A stretch of 64,000 bases of DNA from Candidatus Bathyarchaeota archaeon (GTDB lineage: Archaea; Thermoproteota; Bathyarchaeia; Bathyarchaeales; Bathycorpusculaceae): the NCBI GenBank assembly GCA_963832745.1, contig CAWHVC010000004.1, positions 96,001-160,000 of the forward strand. Reading direction: 5' to 3'. Position numbers and translations under genes: made by a program. Position 1 is the first letter of the stretch, and each line of letters opens with the position of its first letter. Below, in pieces: positions 52,759 through 63,726 of this stretch. The notes beneath the pieces are model-generated. The model was not told where the DNA came from. It made no database searches and saw nothing but the letters and a program-made list of their open reading frames with translations.

Positions 52759-53214
52759 TTAATCTTTTTGAAGATTTTCCAGTTCCTTCACTCTTGTTTC
52801 AATAAAGTCGGCGACTTTTTGTTCACTAAACGCTTTCTCGTCACTTTGAAGTTTCAACTGTTCTTTGATGACATCTAAAAGCTTGTCTATATCCACTGGT
52901 TTTACGATGTACGCATCTGCTTTCTTGTTTAAAGCTTTAATCGCATTATCCATTGAAGGAAAACCCGTTACTATTACTTTTCTTGTTTTTGGAACGCCTT
53001 CTTTTAGTTTTGATAATAACGTTATTCCTTCCATGTCAGGCAATCGAATGTCGATAAGTGCCAAGTTATAGTTTGCCGTTTCAGATTTTTGGATGGCTTC
53101 ATAACCGTTTTGCGCTAAATCTACAATGTATCCTTTATCGCGCAGAATAGCTGCTAAGGTTTCTCTTATGTTTTGGTCATCATCGATTACAAGAATTCTT
53201 GCGGCACTACCCAA
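52759..53214 (-). CDS. Response regulator (receiver domain)
   Basis: VIDDD, DIRLPDMEG, VTG, YIVKP. Confidence 0.93.
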   Translation of the reverse strand: MGSAARILVIDDDQNIRETLAAILRDKGYIVDLAQNGYEAIQKSETANYNLALIDIRLPDMEGITLLSKLKEGVPKTRKVIVTGFPSMDNAIKALNKKADAYIVKPVDIDKLLDVIKEQLKLQSDEKAFSEQKVADFIETRVKELENLQKD

Positions 53215-55646
53215 ATGCTTTCACCTCCAACACTTATTCTCGGTTTCAAAGGTACCCTAACGGTAAAAGTTGTTCCTTTGCCCTGCTTGCTTTCAACCAT
53301 AATTTTTCCCTCGTGCGCTTCCACGATTCGCTTGCAAATAGCCAACCCTAAACCCATGCCCTTGGCTTTTGTTGTAAACAGTGGTGTAAACATTTTTTCA
53401 GTATTTTCTTTGGATATACCCGTACCTGAGTCTGTGAAACTAATCTCCATTATTTGTTTGTTGATTTTGCTGGTGATTGTTATTGTTCCTTTTTCCGGCA
53501 TGGCTTCAATGGCGTTATTTAATAGGTTGACAAATACTCTTTCAAGCTGATCTGAGTCGACAACGATTTTTTGGTCTTCCCTAGTTCGGTCCAGAATTAT
53601 TACGTTTTCCGGGATTGAAATATTTGCAAGAGCATTTTGCAGAATGATCTTAGGTGTTGTCTCGATATATTCTAAGTGGATTTCTCTTGAATAATCAAGC
53701 AAATCATTTACTATCTTGTTTGCTTGATTAATTGACTTGTTAATAATTGATATCATCATCTTTCTTTTTTCATCAGTAATGGCGCAGCCTTTGCTTTCAA
53801 GATAGTATGCGGCATTTTTGATGCCTGTCAACGGATTACGAATGTCATGACCAACCATACCTGCAAGTTCTCCGATGGCGGCAAGACGTTCGGATTTAAC
53901 CAGCTTAGCCTGAGTTTCGTTTAACTGTTTGGTTCTCTCTTCAACAAGTGTTTCAAGACCAACCGAGTACTCTGCAAGCTGGTTCTCAAGAACCTTTTTC
54001 TCTGTAATATCAACAGCCATTTCGATAGCGGAGACAATTTTTCCGTTTTCATCAAAAATGGGCGTCACAATAAGTTCTATCCACTTTCGTTTGCCTTCAG
54101 CATTGACCGTTTGAAAAACATGTGAGTCAAAATTTAATCCCTCTTCAAAGACCTTTTTAACTCCACAGTTTTCGCAAACATTCTTTTCTCGCGTGAATGT
54201 TTCAAAACAATGTTTTCCTTCAGGTATGCCAACAATCTTGGTCAAGTACCCGTTTTGCCAAACAATTTCATAGTTTTTATTTATTATTGCTAACCCTACA
54301 CCGACATTTTCCGTAACCGCTTCAAGCTTGTGATGTTCTTGCCTGAGAATATTTTCGATGTTTTTGCTTTCAGTGATGTCATGATTTGTCCCTCTGTAGC
54401 CTTCAAAGCCGTTAGGTCCCAAAATTGGTATGGCGCTTGTTTCAATAAAAACGGTGGAGCCATTTTTGTGGCGTCGCCTGCTAACATAGCCTTTAAATTC
54501 TTTTTTAGCCCAAAACTTTTCAAAGCCATCTTTTTTTAGCCTCTCTCTTTCATCAGGAAGGTAAAACTCGTAAAAAGGTCTTCCAATAACTTCATCAATT
54601 TTATATCCAATAATTTCTTCAACGGCAATGTTAGAATATGTATAATACCCGTTTATGTCAAGTTCCCAAATCCAGTCTCCTGTGCTGTAAGCAATATCGC
54701 TGAAGCGTTTTTCACTTTTCTGAAGTGCTTCTACTGCTTTTTTGCTTCCAATTGCCTTCCCAAGTATGTCTCCGTAAATTTTGAGAAGTGCGATGTTCTC
54801 ATAAGTCCACTTTTCATCTTCCTGAACATTATCAAAAGCCACAAAGCCTTCAAGCTTCTTTGACAGGAATAACGGCAAAACAAGTAAGGATTTGATGTCT
54901 TGCATTAGAAGAAGCCGCTTTTCTGCCTCTGCTCTTTTTAACATTTTGGATGTATCTTCAATGTGAATTATTTCTCCCTTTTGAAGCGTTTTAATCCACC
55001 ATGGAAAATCTGAAAGTGGAAGATTTTGCAAAAGCTCTTTTTGGGACGTTATTCCATCCATGCACCATTCGTGTGTATTACTTATTGTTCTGCTTTCCTC
55101 GTCAGTAAGAAAAACGTATCCTCTGCTAGCGTGATTTAACTTGGCGATTTTTGCAAGTGAATTATTGATAACCTTGTTAAGGTTTGGCTCAACAATTAGC
55201 TGGGTTGATATTGATGCAACAATTTTTTCTAACCTGAACCTGTGTTTTAAAGCCTCTTCTTTCTTTTTTAAATCGGAGATATCTTTTATTGCGAAAACAA
55301 TTCCTGTAGATTTGCTGTTTTCTTTGACAAGTTCAGCTGACACATTTGCCATAAACTCATTGCCTTTCGCTGTCACCATGCAGATTTCAATATTCTCAAG
55401 TACCCCTTTTTCCTTAACTTTTTCTACAAGCTCTAAATATCTGGGGTGTTCTGTAAGACAAGTTAGCCCTGAGCAACTATTATTTTTTTCATTTGAATCT
55501 TTCTCATATAGGCTCAATGCTGCTTGATTGCATTTTATGATTTTTCCTTCTGTATTTGTAAATATCGCGGCAGTTGGAAGAGTTTCAAAGATTGTTTGAA
55601 ATATATTTTCTGCTTTGTGAAACATGTTCTTGGCTGGGGGCATCAA
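53187..55646 (-). CDS. Cytoplasmic PAS-GAF-PAS-PAS sensor histidine kinase
   Basis: HDIRNPL H-box, NLLNNA, DSGTG, FTTK, GMGLGL; no TM. Confidence 0.93.
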   Translation of the reverse strand: MMPPAKNMFHKAENIFQTIFETLPTAAIFTNTEGKIIKCNQAALSLYEKDSNEKNNSCSGLTCLTEHPRYLELVEKVKEKGVLENIEICMVTAKGNEFMANVSAELVKENSKSTGIVFAIKDISDLKKKEEALKHRFRLEKIVASISTQLIVEPNLNKVINNSLAKIAKLNHASRGYVFLTDEESRTISNTHEWCMDGITSQKELLQNLPLSDFPWWIKTLQKGEIIHIEDTSKMLKRAEAEKRLLLMQDIKSLLVLPLFLSKKLEGFVAFDNVQEDEKWTYENIALLKIYGDILGKAIGSKKAVEALQKSEKRFSDIAYSTGDWIWELDINGYYTYSNIAVEEIIGYKIDEVIGRPFYEFYLPDERERLKKDGFEKFWAKKEFKGYVSRRRHKNGSTVFIETSAIPILGPNGFEGYRGTNHDITESKNIENILRQEHHKLEAVTENVGVGLAIINKNYEIVWQNGYLTKIVGIPEGKHCFETFTREKNVCENCGVKKVFEEGLNFDSHVFQTVNAEGKRKWIELIVTPIFDENGKIVSAIEMAVDITEKKVLENQLAEYSVGLETLVEERTKQLNETQAKLVKSERLAAIGELAGMVGHDIRNPLTGIKNAAYYLESKGCAITDEKRKMMISIINKSINQANKIVNDLLDYSREIHLEYIETTPKIILQNALANISIPENVIILDRTREDQKIVVDSDQLERVFVNLLNNAIEAMPEKGTITITSKINKQIMEISFTDSGTGISKENTEKMFTPLFTTKAKGMGLGLAICKRIVEAHEGKIMVESKQGKGTTFTVRVPLKPRISVGGESIWVVPQEFL

Positions 55647-55980
55647 TGAAGAACTCCATTTTTCCTTTAATTCTCATTTTGTTGTATTCGTTTCTCATCA
55701 AATCAATGTATTTTTTAAATGACAAATCTGGAATAATGAATTCAGGTCCCTGCCAGTAACATGTTAATCGGATTTTTGGGTAAAACTTTTTCATTATCAA
55801 TAACTCGATGTATCTTGCTCCTAAACCAAACATTTTATCTAAAGAGTTTGAGAATTCCTCTAATTTTCGAGGGATTTCGTGTCTTTTTATTTTGTAGGTT
55901 GCTTCGAGATGGAAATAGACTGATTTTTTGACGCTTTCCCCTAGTGTATTTAACGCTTCATCGATTGCTTCCAGCAGCAT
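55585..55980 (-). CDS. Small archaeal signalling-associated protein (DUF3227/NitrOD5-like)
   Basis: EAIDEAL..LGE......YFHLE...I.R.EIP..LEEF...L..MFG.GA..IE. Confidence 0.7.
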   Translation of the reverse strand: MLLEAIDEALNTLGESVKKSVYFHLEATYKIKRHEIPRKLEEFSNSLDKMFGLGARYIELLIMKKFYPKIRLTCYWQGPEFIIPDLSFKKYIDLMRNEYNKMRIKGKMEFFIDAPSQEHVSQSRKYISNNL

Positions 55981-56240
55981 AAAATCAAATTTTTTTGATT
56001 TGTCATTTGACGTTTGTTTTCTCTCCTTCTCCTTTTAACTGTTGGGCGCTTGGGTTCAATTGAACTTTTTTAGTATAACCGACTGTAGTGTATCATAATA
56101 TATAATAATTATGTAGTGAGGATTAATCAAAAAAATCATTCAACAAAATAAAACAGCCAAAAAATATTCAACAAAAATACAAAAAGCAAGCATAACTTTA
56201 TTTTCCATCTCGCCAACACCTAAATGCGCGCGGAAAAGAC

Positions 56241-56329
56241 AGTTTGGCAAACCAACATAACCATCTCCGACAAGCTAAAAATAAGAGAGAGGGGACGCTT
56301 GCGTTTTGTTGGTAATGGTTTGCCAAACT
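56241..56329. repeat. Perfect 14-bp inverted repeat with 61-bp spacer
   Basis: AGTTTGGCAAACCA ... TGGTTTGCCAAACT. Confidence 0.7.
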
Positions 56330-56531
56330 TGGTAATGATTTGTTTGTTATTCTGTTTTCTTAATGCGTTTTTGATTGACATATGCAGTTTTGATTGCACA
56401 AATACGATAACCGAAACCGTCACCAAAAGTCTCACCGTTCGTAATGAAAATGTGAAAATGTACCCTTAAATTACCACAATCCATAAACCTTGCCGCACAA
56501 ACAACATCTAACTTCAAAGCGTTGGGTAAAA

Positions 56532-58115
56532 ATGAGTAAAGCGGCAGATTTGGCTAAAACTTCCACAAAAGCTGGCTTCCATTACTTGTGGGGTCTGGTA
56601 ATCTCAACAATTATCTCGTCAATAGGTACTATATTTATCGCCAATCTGCTAGGTTCAGACGCGTATGGTCTATATGCAATTGCCCTTACTGTACCTAACT
56701 TGATAATGATTTTTCGGGATTGGGGCATTAATTCTGCAATGGTTCGTTACACAGCCCAATATCGAGCAGAAAATCGTACTTCAGAAATAAGAAGCATATT
56801 TATCTCTGGCATAGTTTTCGAATTAGCCTTGGGACTTATTTTAACTTTAATTTCATTTCTTATTTCTGGCTATCTTGCAAGCGATATTTATAGTCGCCCA
56901 GAGATTGCTCCATTAATTCAGATAGCTTCAATTTCAATATTGGCGGGTGGATTAATTAGTGCTGCAACCGCCGCGTTTACAGGAACTGAAGAAACAACTT
57001 ACAATAGTGTTATGTTGATTTGTCAATCAGTCATCAAAACCTTTCTAATAATTGGTCTGGTAATCGCTGGTTTAGGGACTTCAGGTGCAGTTATAGGTTT
57101 AACAACGGCTTCAATTGTTGCCGGTCTTGTAGGATTTGGATTCATTTTGCTCTTATACCATAGAATACCTAAACCCTTTTCTCATAAATTGGAAATAAGA
57201 GAATACACAAAAGAAATGCTCAAGTTCAGCTTACCCATTTCCTTGCTAACTATAGTTGGTGGTTTTCTTGCTCAATTTTACGTAATGCTTCTTCCAATAT
57301 TTTACGCAGATAATTCTATAATAGGGAATTATAGTGTTGCTCTCAACTTTGTTGTCTTAATTAGTTTCTTTTCTTTGCCAATAACAACCATGCTTTTTCC
57401 AGCGTTCTCAAAACTGGACATTAAAAAAGATAAAGAGGCGCTAAAAAATGTCTTTCAATTCTCTGTAAAATATTCTGCGTTAATTGTTGTTCCAGTTGCT
57501 GCTTTAGTGATGTGCTTGTCTGGTCCAGCAGTTGCCACACTTTTCGGAAATTCGTACAGTTCAGCGCCACTTTTTCTTGCATTGCTGTCAATAACTTACC
57601 TATATACAGCAACAGGCAATTTGAGCACCAGCAATATAATAAACAGTCAAGGGCAAACCAAATTAAACCTAAAATTTACGCTACTTACTGCATCGATAGG
57701 TTTTCCAATGGGTTACATTTTAATTATGCACTATGGTGTTCTTGGATTAATCTTCACTACTATAACCGCTCCAGTGCCAAGTTTGATTTTATCATTAATT
57801 TGGGTTAAAAAACACTACGACTTAACTGTTGATTGGGTCTCATCGGTTAAAATTATTGCTTCTTCAGCAATAACTGCTACCTTAACTTACATGCTTATTA
57901 GCTTCATAAGTTTTGCTAGCGTGATCGAATTATTAGTGGGTGCAGTTTTTTATGCGATAGTTTTGATAGCGACTCTTATGTTAACCAAAACGCTTTCTAT
58001 GACTGACTTAAACAGTTTACGTGCAATGACAACTGGGCTTGGACCGATAAGCAAGATAGTAAGCTTTCTACTAAATACAGTTGAGAAAATTATGATTAAA
58101 CTTAAGTTAAATTAA
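56532..58115 (+). CDS. Oligosaccharide flippase (Wzx/RfbX, MOP superfamily)
   Basis: LGSDAYGLY, D.GI..A..RY, GNYSVA, LFPAFS; about 14 TMs. Confidence 0.9.
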   Translation: MSKAADLAKTSTKAGFHYLWGLVISTIISSIGTIFIANLLGSDAYGLYAIALTVPNLIMIFRDWGINSAMVRYTAQYRAENRTSEIRSIFISGIVFELALGLILTLISFLISGYLASDIYSRPEIAPLIQIASISILAGGLISAATAAFTGTEETTYNSVMLICQSVIKTFLIIGLVIAGLGTSGAVIGLTTASIVAGLVGFGFILLLYHRIPKPFSHKLEIREYTKEMLKFSLPISLLTIVGGFLAQFYVMLLPIFYADNSIIGNYSVALNFVVLISFFSLPITTMLFPAFSKLDIKKDKEALKNVFQFSVKYSALIVVPVAALVMCLSGPAVATLFGNSYSSAPLFLALLSITYLYTATGNLSTSNIINSQGQTKLNLKFTLLTASIGFPMGYILIMHYGVLGLIFTTITAPVPSLILSLIWVKKHYDLTVDWVSSVKIIASSAITATLTYMLISFISFASVIELLVGAVFYAIVLIATLMLTKTLSMTDLNSLRAMTTGLGPISKIVSFLLNTVEKIMIKLKLN

Positions 58116-58280
58116 AATCAAAATTTAAATTTTTCCAGATGAATTTTTCATTTATAAATTTTTTCTGATTTATTTTGTATTTTAATTTGGTTTGCAGTTA
58201 ACTATAAATAAAAAACTAAACAAGCGCTCAATGGGTAGAGCTTATATAGTTTATCTGATAATTCAACGGTACAGAAAAAG

Positions 58281-59042
58281 GTGACCGCCAAGAAAATGAA
58301 TTTACCTTCCGTAGAAGGCAACCTTGATAGCAAATCAGATGTTGGGGTAATTCTTCCAACTTTTTGTGAGGCGGAAAATATTGCTAAACTCATTGATGAA
58401 ATTGAAAGTTTAGATATTAACCTTTCAGTTTTACTGATTGATGATTCAAGTCCTGATAATACAGCTGACCTCGTGCGATCCTTGCAAAGTAAATATGGAA
58501 ACATCATGATTTGTGTTCGACCAAGAAAATCTGGTTTGGGAACCGCAATTACTGATGGCTTCAAAATTTTTCTCTCCCTAAAAAATCCACCAAAATATAT
58601 TATTACTATGGATGCTGATTACTCGCATAGCCCAAAGGATATAATTCGATTAGTTTCCACGGCAAAATCCGCTAACGGGATAGTTATTGGTAGTAGATAC
58701 TGCCCTGGAGGCGGCGCAGTCAACTGGAGCGTTGCGCGGTTGTTGATTAGCAGGGTTGCAAACCTTATGTCATCAGCTTTAATTGCTACAAAAATTCATG
58801 ACTACACAAGCGGTTTCCGTTGCTACTCAACTGACCTCGTCCAGAACATGATCAATGACTTACATAGCGAAACCTACGAGATTCAGGAAGAAACAATCAG
58901 GCAAGCCAGCATCAAGGGTTTTGACGTAAAAGAAGTGCCAATGATTTTTGTTAACCGCAAGAAGGGCAAATCTAAGCTCACAGAAAAAGAGATCAAAGAA
59001 TTTTTGTCTTACACCTTTAACGTTTTAGTTTCAAGGAAGTAA
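58281..59042 (+). CDS. Polyprenol-phosphate mannose synthase (DPM1-like GT2)
   Basis: DDSSPDNT, GLGTA, MDADYSH, GSRY, D.TSGFR, F.NR..G.SKL. Confidence 0.9.
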   Translation: MTAKKMNLPSVEGNLDSKSDVGVILPTFCEAENIAKLIDEIESLDINLSVLLIDDSSPDNTADLVRSLQSKYGNIMICVRPRKSGLGTAITDGFKIFLSLKNPPKYIITMDADYSHSPKDIIRLVSTAKSANGIVIGSRYCPGGGAVNWSVARLLISRVANLMSSALIATKIHDYTSGFRCYSTDLVQNMINDLHSETYEIQEETIRQASIKGFDVKEVPMIFVNRKKGKSKLTEKEIKEFLSYTFNVLVSRK

Positions 59043-59145
59043 TTGTTAGGTTTTTATGTCATACTTTTCTTTTGTATTTTATAATACTTGTAATGTCTCA
59101 AAAAACTTAAAGGTAAAAAGTAACATACTGGTCGGTTAGATTTTC

Positions 59146-60039
59146 ATGCCTGCCCTTAAAACAGCGATTGGAGTATGCGCTTTTAATGAGGAGCATAACA
59201 TTCGTAGGCTTTTAGAATCTCTTGATGTTGAGCCTTTGCCTACTGATTGCAGAATACTTGTTGTTTGTTCAGGGTGCACTGATGGAACAACCGGTGTTGT
59301 AAGGGACTTCCAATCTCGTGACAAAAGAATTCAGTCAATCGTTGAAGAAACCCGGAGCGGAAAAGCCAACGCATTAAACAAAATCTTCCAGGAAACTAAA
59401 TCTGACGACATCTTGATTTTAGTTAACGCTGATGCCTTACCTGAACCTGGAAGCATAAGCAAATTGATTTCTGCTATTACCTTAAGAGATGATGGCGTCA
59501 TTTTTGCACAACCTGTGCCCTTCGAGAGTTCAGGTTTAAGTTATCGTATTGTTAAAGTGATTTGGCGTTTGCATCACTTGATTTCTCTAAAAAACAGTCC
59601 TAAACTTTCAGGAGAACTCTGCGCTATTCGAACAGCTTGTCTTCAACCAATACCTGAAGAAATCGCAACAGATGAACCATATATTGAGCACATAATCCGT
59701 CAGCAGGGCTATAAAATTGGTTATCTTCCAGAGGCTGTTGTGAGAATTCGTTGTCCAACTAATTTGTCAGATTTGTTAAAACAACGTAAACGCATCTGGA
59801 TTGGTCATATGCAGCTTAAACAGGCTACCGGCTTTGATGTTTCTACTTCAAGCTTTAAAAATATCCTGTACGCGCTTCCTGATCTTTCAGTGAGTGAGGT
59901 GTTTTTTGCCTTTTTAGGCGGCGTTTTAGAAGTTATTGCTTATTCTCAAGCAAAGCTTGCTAAAAACAAGGGGGTTCCTTACATGTGGGAGCCTATAAAG
60001 AGTACAAAGATTTCAATAAGCACACGGGATAAATGTTAA
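59146..60039 (+). CDS. GT2 glycosyltransferase
   Basis: AFNEE, CTDGT, GKANALN, NAD, QRKRIW. Confidence 0.88.
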   Translation: MPALKTAIGVCAFNEEHNIRRLLESLDVEPLPTDCRILVVCSGCTDGTTGVVRDFQSRDKRIQSIVEETRSGKANALNKIFQETKSDDILILVNADALPEPGSISKLISAITLRDDGVIFAQPVPFESSGLSYRIVKVIWRLHHLISLKNSPKLSGELCAIRTACLQPIPEEIATDEPYIEHIIRQQGYKIGYLPEAVVRIRCPTNLSDLLKQRKRIWIGHMQLKQATGFDVSTSSFKNILYALPDLSVSEVFFAFLGGVLEVIAYSQAKLAKNKGVPYMWEPIKSTKISISTRDKC

Positions 60040-61148
60040 GCTTGAACAGTATGCGGATCATACAGGTTACGCCACGTTATTATCCTACTCTTGGCGGAGT
60101 TGAAGTCTTTGTACAGAAAATCAGTGAATTACTTGCCGCTAAGGGTAACGAAGTAACCGTTTATTCAATCGATAAACGTAACGGCTTGCCAGCCGTTGAA
60201 ACAATAAACGGAGTGACTGTTAAACGTTTCATGCCGATTTTTGGTGACCCATTATACATTCCCGAATCCAAATTTTCCTCAAGCTTACGCAAAGAAAAAG
60301 CAGACATCATTCACGCTCATAATGTTCATACTTTTCCACAGTTAATTGCCGCAATTAACAAGCAGCAAAATCAGCAATTGGTGTTGCAGCCACATTATCA
60401 CCGTTATGGCCAAACCCCTTTTCGGGATTCGCTTTTTAAACTATACCAAAAAGCTTTCTATGGACTGCTGTTTTCAAGAACAAGCTTGATCATTGCCAAT
60501 TCCCCGCATGAAAAGCAGGCTTTGCATGAAGATTTCCCAAACGCAAAAGGTGTGGTTCTGCTGCCTGAAGGATTGGACACCAAAGAAACAAGAACTGTTC
60601 TTTATGCGCCTATCCCTAAAAGGATACTTTTTGTTGGAGTCCTGAAACGTTATAAAAATGTGCATAAACTGCTTGAAGGGTTTGCTTGGTTGGTACGTGA
60701 CGGAAAAACTGATTACCGTTTAGTTATTGTCGGTGATGGTCCTGAACGTTCTGTACTTTATAGTTTGGCAGCTTCTCTTGGACTTGAAGATCTGATTGAG
60801 TGGAAGCAGAGTTTGACGAGGGCAGAATTACTTGACGAGTATGCTAAGGCAAATGTTTTTGTTATGCTTTCACAACTTGAAAGTTTTAGTCGTGTTGTTT
60901 ATGATGCTCTCTTTATCGGCGTTCCAGTTGTAGTTTACAATTTTGGTGCCTTAGGATGCTTGGTTTCTGACGGTTTTGCGGAAGGTGTCCATTCGCTTAC
61001 ACCCCAAGCCATCGCAGACGCATTAATTAGTGCTTCACAGAATAAGCACCGAAAAATATCTTCTAATTCACAGAATTTTCTTGATTGGGAGACATACGTA
61101 CATAGGTTAACCGTTTATTATAACAACTTACTGGCAAAGAATCAGTAG
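60033..61148 (+). CDS. GT4 glycosyltransferase
   Basis: GGVE, DIIHAH, FVG...YKN, ESF....DAL..GVPVV. Confidence 0.9.
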   Translation: MLSLNSMRIIQVTPRYYPTLGGVEVFVQKISELLAAKGNEVTVYSIDKRNGLPAVETINGVTVKRFMPIFGDPLYIPESKFSSSLRKEKADIIHAHNVHTFPQLIAAINKQQNQQLVLQPHYHRYGQTPFRDSLFKLYQKAFYGLLFSRTSLIIANSPHEKQALHEDFPNAKGVVLLPEGLDTKETRTVLYAPIPKRILFVGVLKRYKNVHKLLEGFAWLVRDGKTDYRLVIVGDGPERSVLYSLAASLGLEDLIEWKQSLTRAELLDEYAKANVFVMLSQLESFSRVVYDALFIGVPVVVYNFGALGCLVSDGFAEGVHSLTPQAIADALISASQNKHRKISSNSQNFLDWETYVHRLTVYYNNLLAKNQ

Positions 61149-61195
61149 TTATATTTTTAAAGGCTCACTAAATACAACCTATTATTTAAGGTGAC

Positions 61196-63703
61196 TTGGT
61201 GATAGAAGTACTCTTTCAACTGTTGTTCCTCACGGTGCTTTTTGTTTTTCTTGGGGAACCGTTGAGAGCTTTGGCTTTGAAAAAATTTGCTATTTTTCAA
61301 GGTTTAGATTTACTCCAAAACGGTATTCTCGATATTTTCTTTGGCGCAATGATTCTTTACTTGTTAGCACTTTTGCCTTTTGGGCTTTTCAGTTGGCCTA
61401 TTCTGCTTGGTTACACAATTTTAAGCATACTTTCAAGTGTCTTTCTAAACCGAAAACAGGTAATCCAACTCTTTAACCTGAAAACATTAAATGTCTTAAT
61501 AGAGAATAACAAAAGACAATTTTACGTATACCTCTCGGTTGTTGTAATTTTCATCATTTTCCTCTCAATAAATCTATCATCCTTAAATGGGTTAATCTTT
61601 GGCAGTGTCAGAGACGAATCAATTCATTCCCTTTACACTCAAGTTATCCTTCAGAACCACGCTTTGACAGGAACCCTGCAACCGTACTTGCCTGAAGGCG
61701 TAATTTACCCGCAAGCTGCTCACGTAATTTTCGCTTACTCAACATACATCCTAAACTTGGATATTCCATGGGTCGTTCTTTACGTTTCTATCCTTTTCAA
61801 GTCTCTTACTATTTTTGGGGCTTACTTCTTAGGAAAAAAACTTGGTAGCAATATCTATTACGGTCTTGCATTAAGTTTTGTAACCGCTTTTATTTCCAGT
61901 TGGCCTTTAAACGTTACTTGGGGCGCTAACCCTTTTCTAATAGGCTTTCCATTCTTTCTTGTTTGTCTAGGATTGCTTTTCAATCTTTATCGTAAGCATG
62001 ACTTGACAGGTTTAGTTGTTGCTGGTTTAATGTTCGGTTTTACTGGTGCAATAATTTTGTCTTACCTTGAAGCGTTGATTGTAATTACTTCTTTGCTTTT
62101 TATTTATTATATTCTTGAGAGTCGCCAAAAAATCGTTAACAGTTTAACAGCTTTGGTCACTGTTTTATTTGTAAGTTTAATACCGTTAACCCCATTTCTG
62201 TACCAGTTTATTGCACTTTATCCTTATCCTGGTCACAACATTGGTTTACCATCTGATATAACCTCATGGGCAAGCCAACAAGGTTATTTTAACCAAGCTA
62301 TCGATTGGGCATTCAATAATTTATCGCCGTATTTTCTTCCTAAAATTTTAATGATGTTTCTTATTGGAAGTTTTGCCATTATTCTACTTATTACTAAGGA
62401 TTATGAAAACCCAAATGATAAACTCATTTCAATTAGCAGGTTTGCTCTAGCGATTTTTGCCCCTGTAGTTTTTCTGTCATTTCTCTCTTTCTTCCTTCCT
62501 GGCGACTTTAACATTATATCTTGGGGGCATCAAGGTATAATTCTTTCAATTCCAATAAGTATCCTAATTATTGCGTCGTACCTTAAATTTGCCGAGGTAC
62601 TTCAAAACGGCAGATTTAAACCGTTAGCACAGATGTTCCCTAAAAATTCCAAAGTTGTCTTATTGATTATAATAACGGTTTTATCCCTGATAACGGCGCC
62701 TTTTCTATATTACCGTTTTGTTGATGATTCACAAACCCTCCGAGGTGCTTACGATATTTATGCTGTTACGACACCTCAAGATTACGCGTTAATGCAGTGG
62801 ATGAAAGTCAATTTAACCTCGCCAGACGCATTAATTCTGGTTCATCCGTACGGTTCAGGCTTGTTTATTCCTTCTGTATCAAATAATAAAGTGATTTACC
62901 CCTATACTGGAAGCGCTATGAGTCTTTCTTACCTGACGCTGGTAAGTTTACTTGAGAACAAAACCCTTAACGCTCAAGCATACCAAATAATGCACAACTT
63001 GAATGTAACCTACATATTTGTCGGCTCAAACGTTGTCGCTGAACCTCCAACTTTGAAATGGGATCCATCTCTATTCTTGGGAAATCCGAACTTTGAAGTT
63101 ATAAAAAACTTTGATGACTCTTACCTGTTCAAAATTATTAGAAATGATTCAAGCGTTAACCTTGTTGACGATTTCCAGTATCAGCTTTGGAATCAGAATG
63201 GCTGGTTAAATGGTGAAGCTGGTTGGGGTCAAGGAAACGTAACTATCACTCAAAATGGTGCATTTGGGTCAAAAGCTTTAGTGATTACATCACAGGCTAC
63301 ACCATTAGTTAATCAGTTTGAGCCGCGTTACACCAACTGGGTTAACAGGGACATTTATGTTGATAACTCCTCACAGGTTTTCCTCTCTTTTGATTTAGAT
63401 GCAAGTCAAGGTTTCCATGGAAACGATTCGTTTGCGTTTATACTTTCTAACTTTAACCAAAGCCAAGCTGTAGTAGTCGTTACGCCTAACAGCATTTTCC
63501 AGAATTATTCAAACACTATAACATTACAAAATAACAAAGGCTCGTTTAGTATTAACATCAGCCAGTTATGGCAAAACTCTTACGGAACATCTATTCCATC
63601 AACACTTATCTTGAACATTTTAAATTATGACTTTGATGGCATTCAAAATGTCGCTCAAATAGACAATATATCAGTAACCTCAAACTCCACAATCAAACCT
63701 TAA
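61196..63703 (+). CDS. Large multi-pass membrane protein, GT-C-like, with C-terminal beta-rich domain
   Basis: DESIH, YPQAAH loop motifs, many TMs, DYALMQWMK segment. Confidence 0.75.
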   Translation: MVIEVLFQLLFLTVLFVFLGEPLRALALKKFAIFQGLDLLQNGILDIFFGAMILYLLALLPFGLFSWPILLGYTILSILSSVFLNRKQVIQLFNLKTLNVLIENNKRQFYVYLSVVVIFIIFLSINLSSLNGLIFGSVRDESIHSLYTQVILQNHALTGTLQPYLPEGVIYPQAAHVIFAYSTYILNLDIPWVVLYVSILFKSLTIFGAYFLGKKLGSNIYYGLALSFVTAFISSWPLNVTWGANPFLIGFPFFLVCLGLLFNLYRKHDLTGLVVAGLMFGFTGAIILSYLEALIVITSLLFIYYILESRQKIVNSLTALVTVLFVSLIPLTPFLYQFIALYPYPGHNIGLPSDITSWASQQGYFNQAIDWAFNNLSPYFLPKILMMFLIGSFAIILLITKDYENPNDKLISISRFALAIFAPVVFLSFLSFFLPGDFNIISWGHQGIILSIPISILIIASYLKFAEVLQNGRFKPLAQMFPKNSKVVLLIIITVLSLITAPFLYYRFVDDSQTLRGAYDIYAVTTPQDYALMQWMKVNLTSPDALILVHPYGSGLFIPSVSNNKVIYPYTGSAMSLSYLTLVSLLENKTLNAQAYQIMHNLNVTYIFVGSNVVAEPPTLKWDPSLFLGNPNFEVIKNFDDSYLFKIIRNDSSVNLVDDFQYQLWNQNGWLNGEAGWGQGNVTITQNGAFGSKALVITSQATPLVNQFEPRYTNWVNRDIYVDNSSQVFLSFDLDASQGFHGNDSFAFILSNFNQSQAVVVVTPNSIFQNYSNTITLQNNKGSFSINISQLWQNSYGTSIPSTLILNILNYDFDGIQNVAQIDNISVTSNSTIKP

Positions 63704-63726
63704 AACATGTCAAACGATTGAACGGT

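Noticed and set aside
56220-56469. Overlapping 71-aa and 81-aa ORFs
   Set aside because: No motifs, mutually antisense, and span the inverted repeat; probably non-coding.
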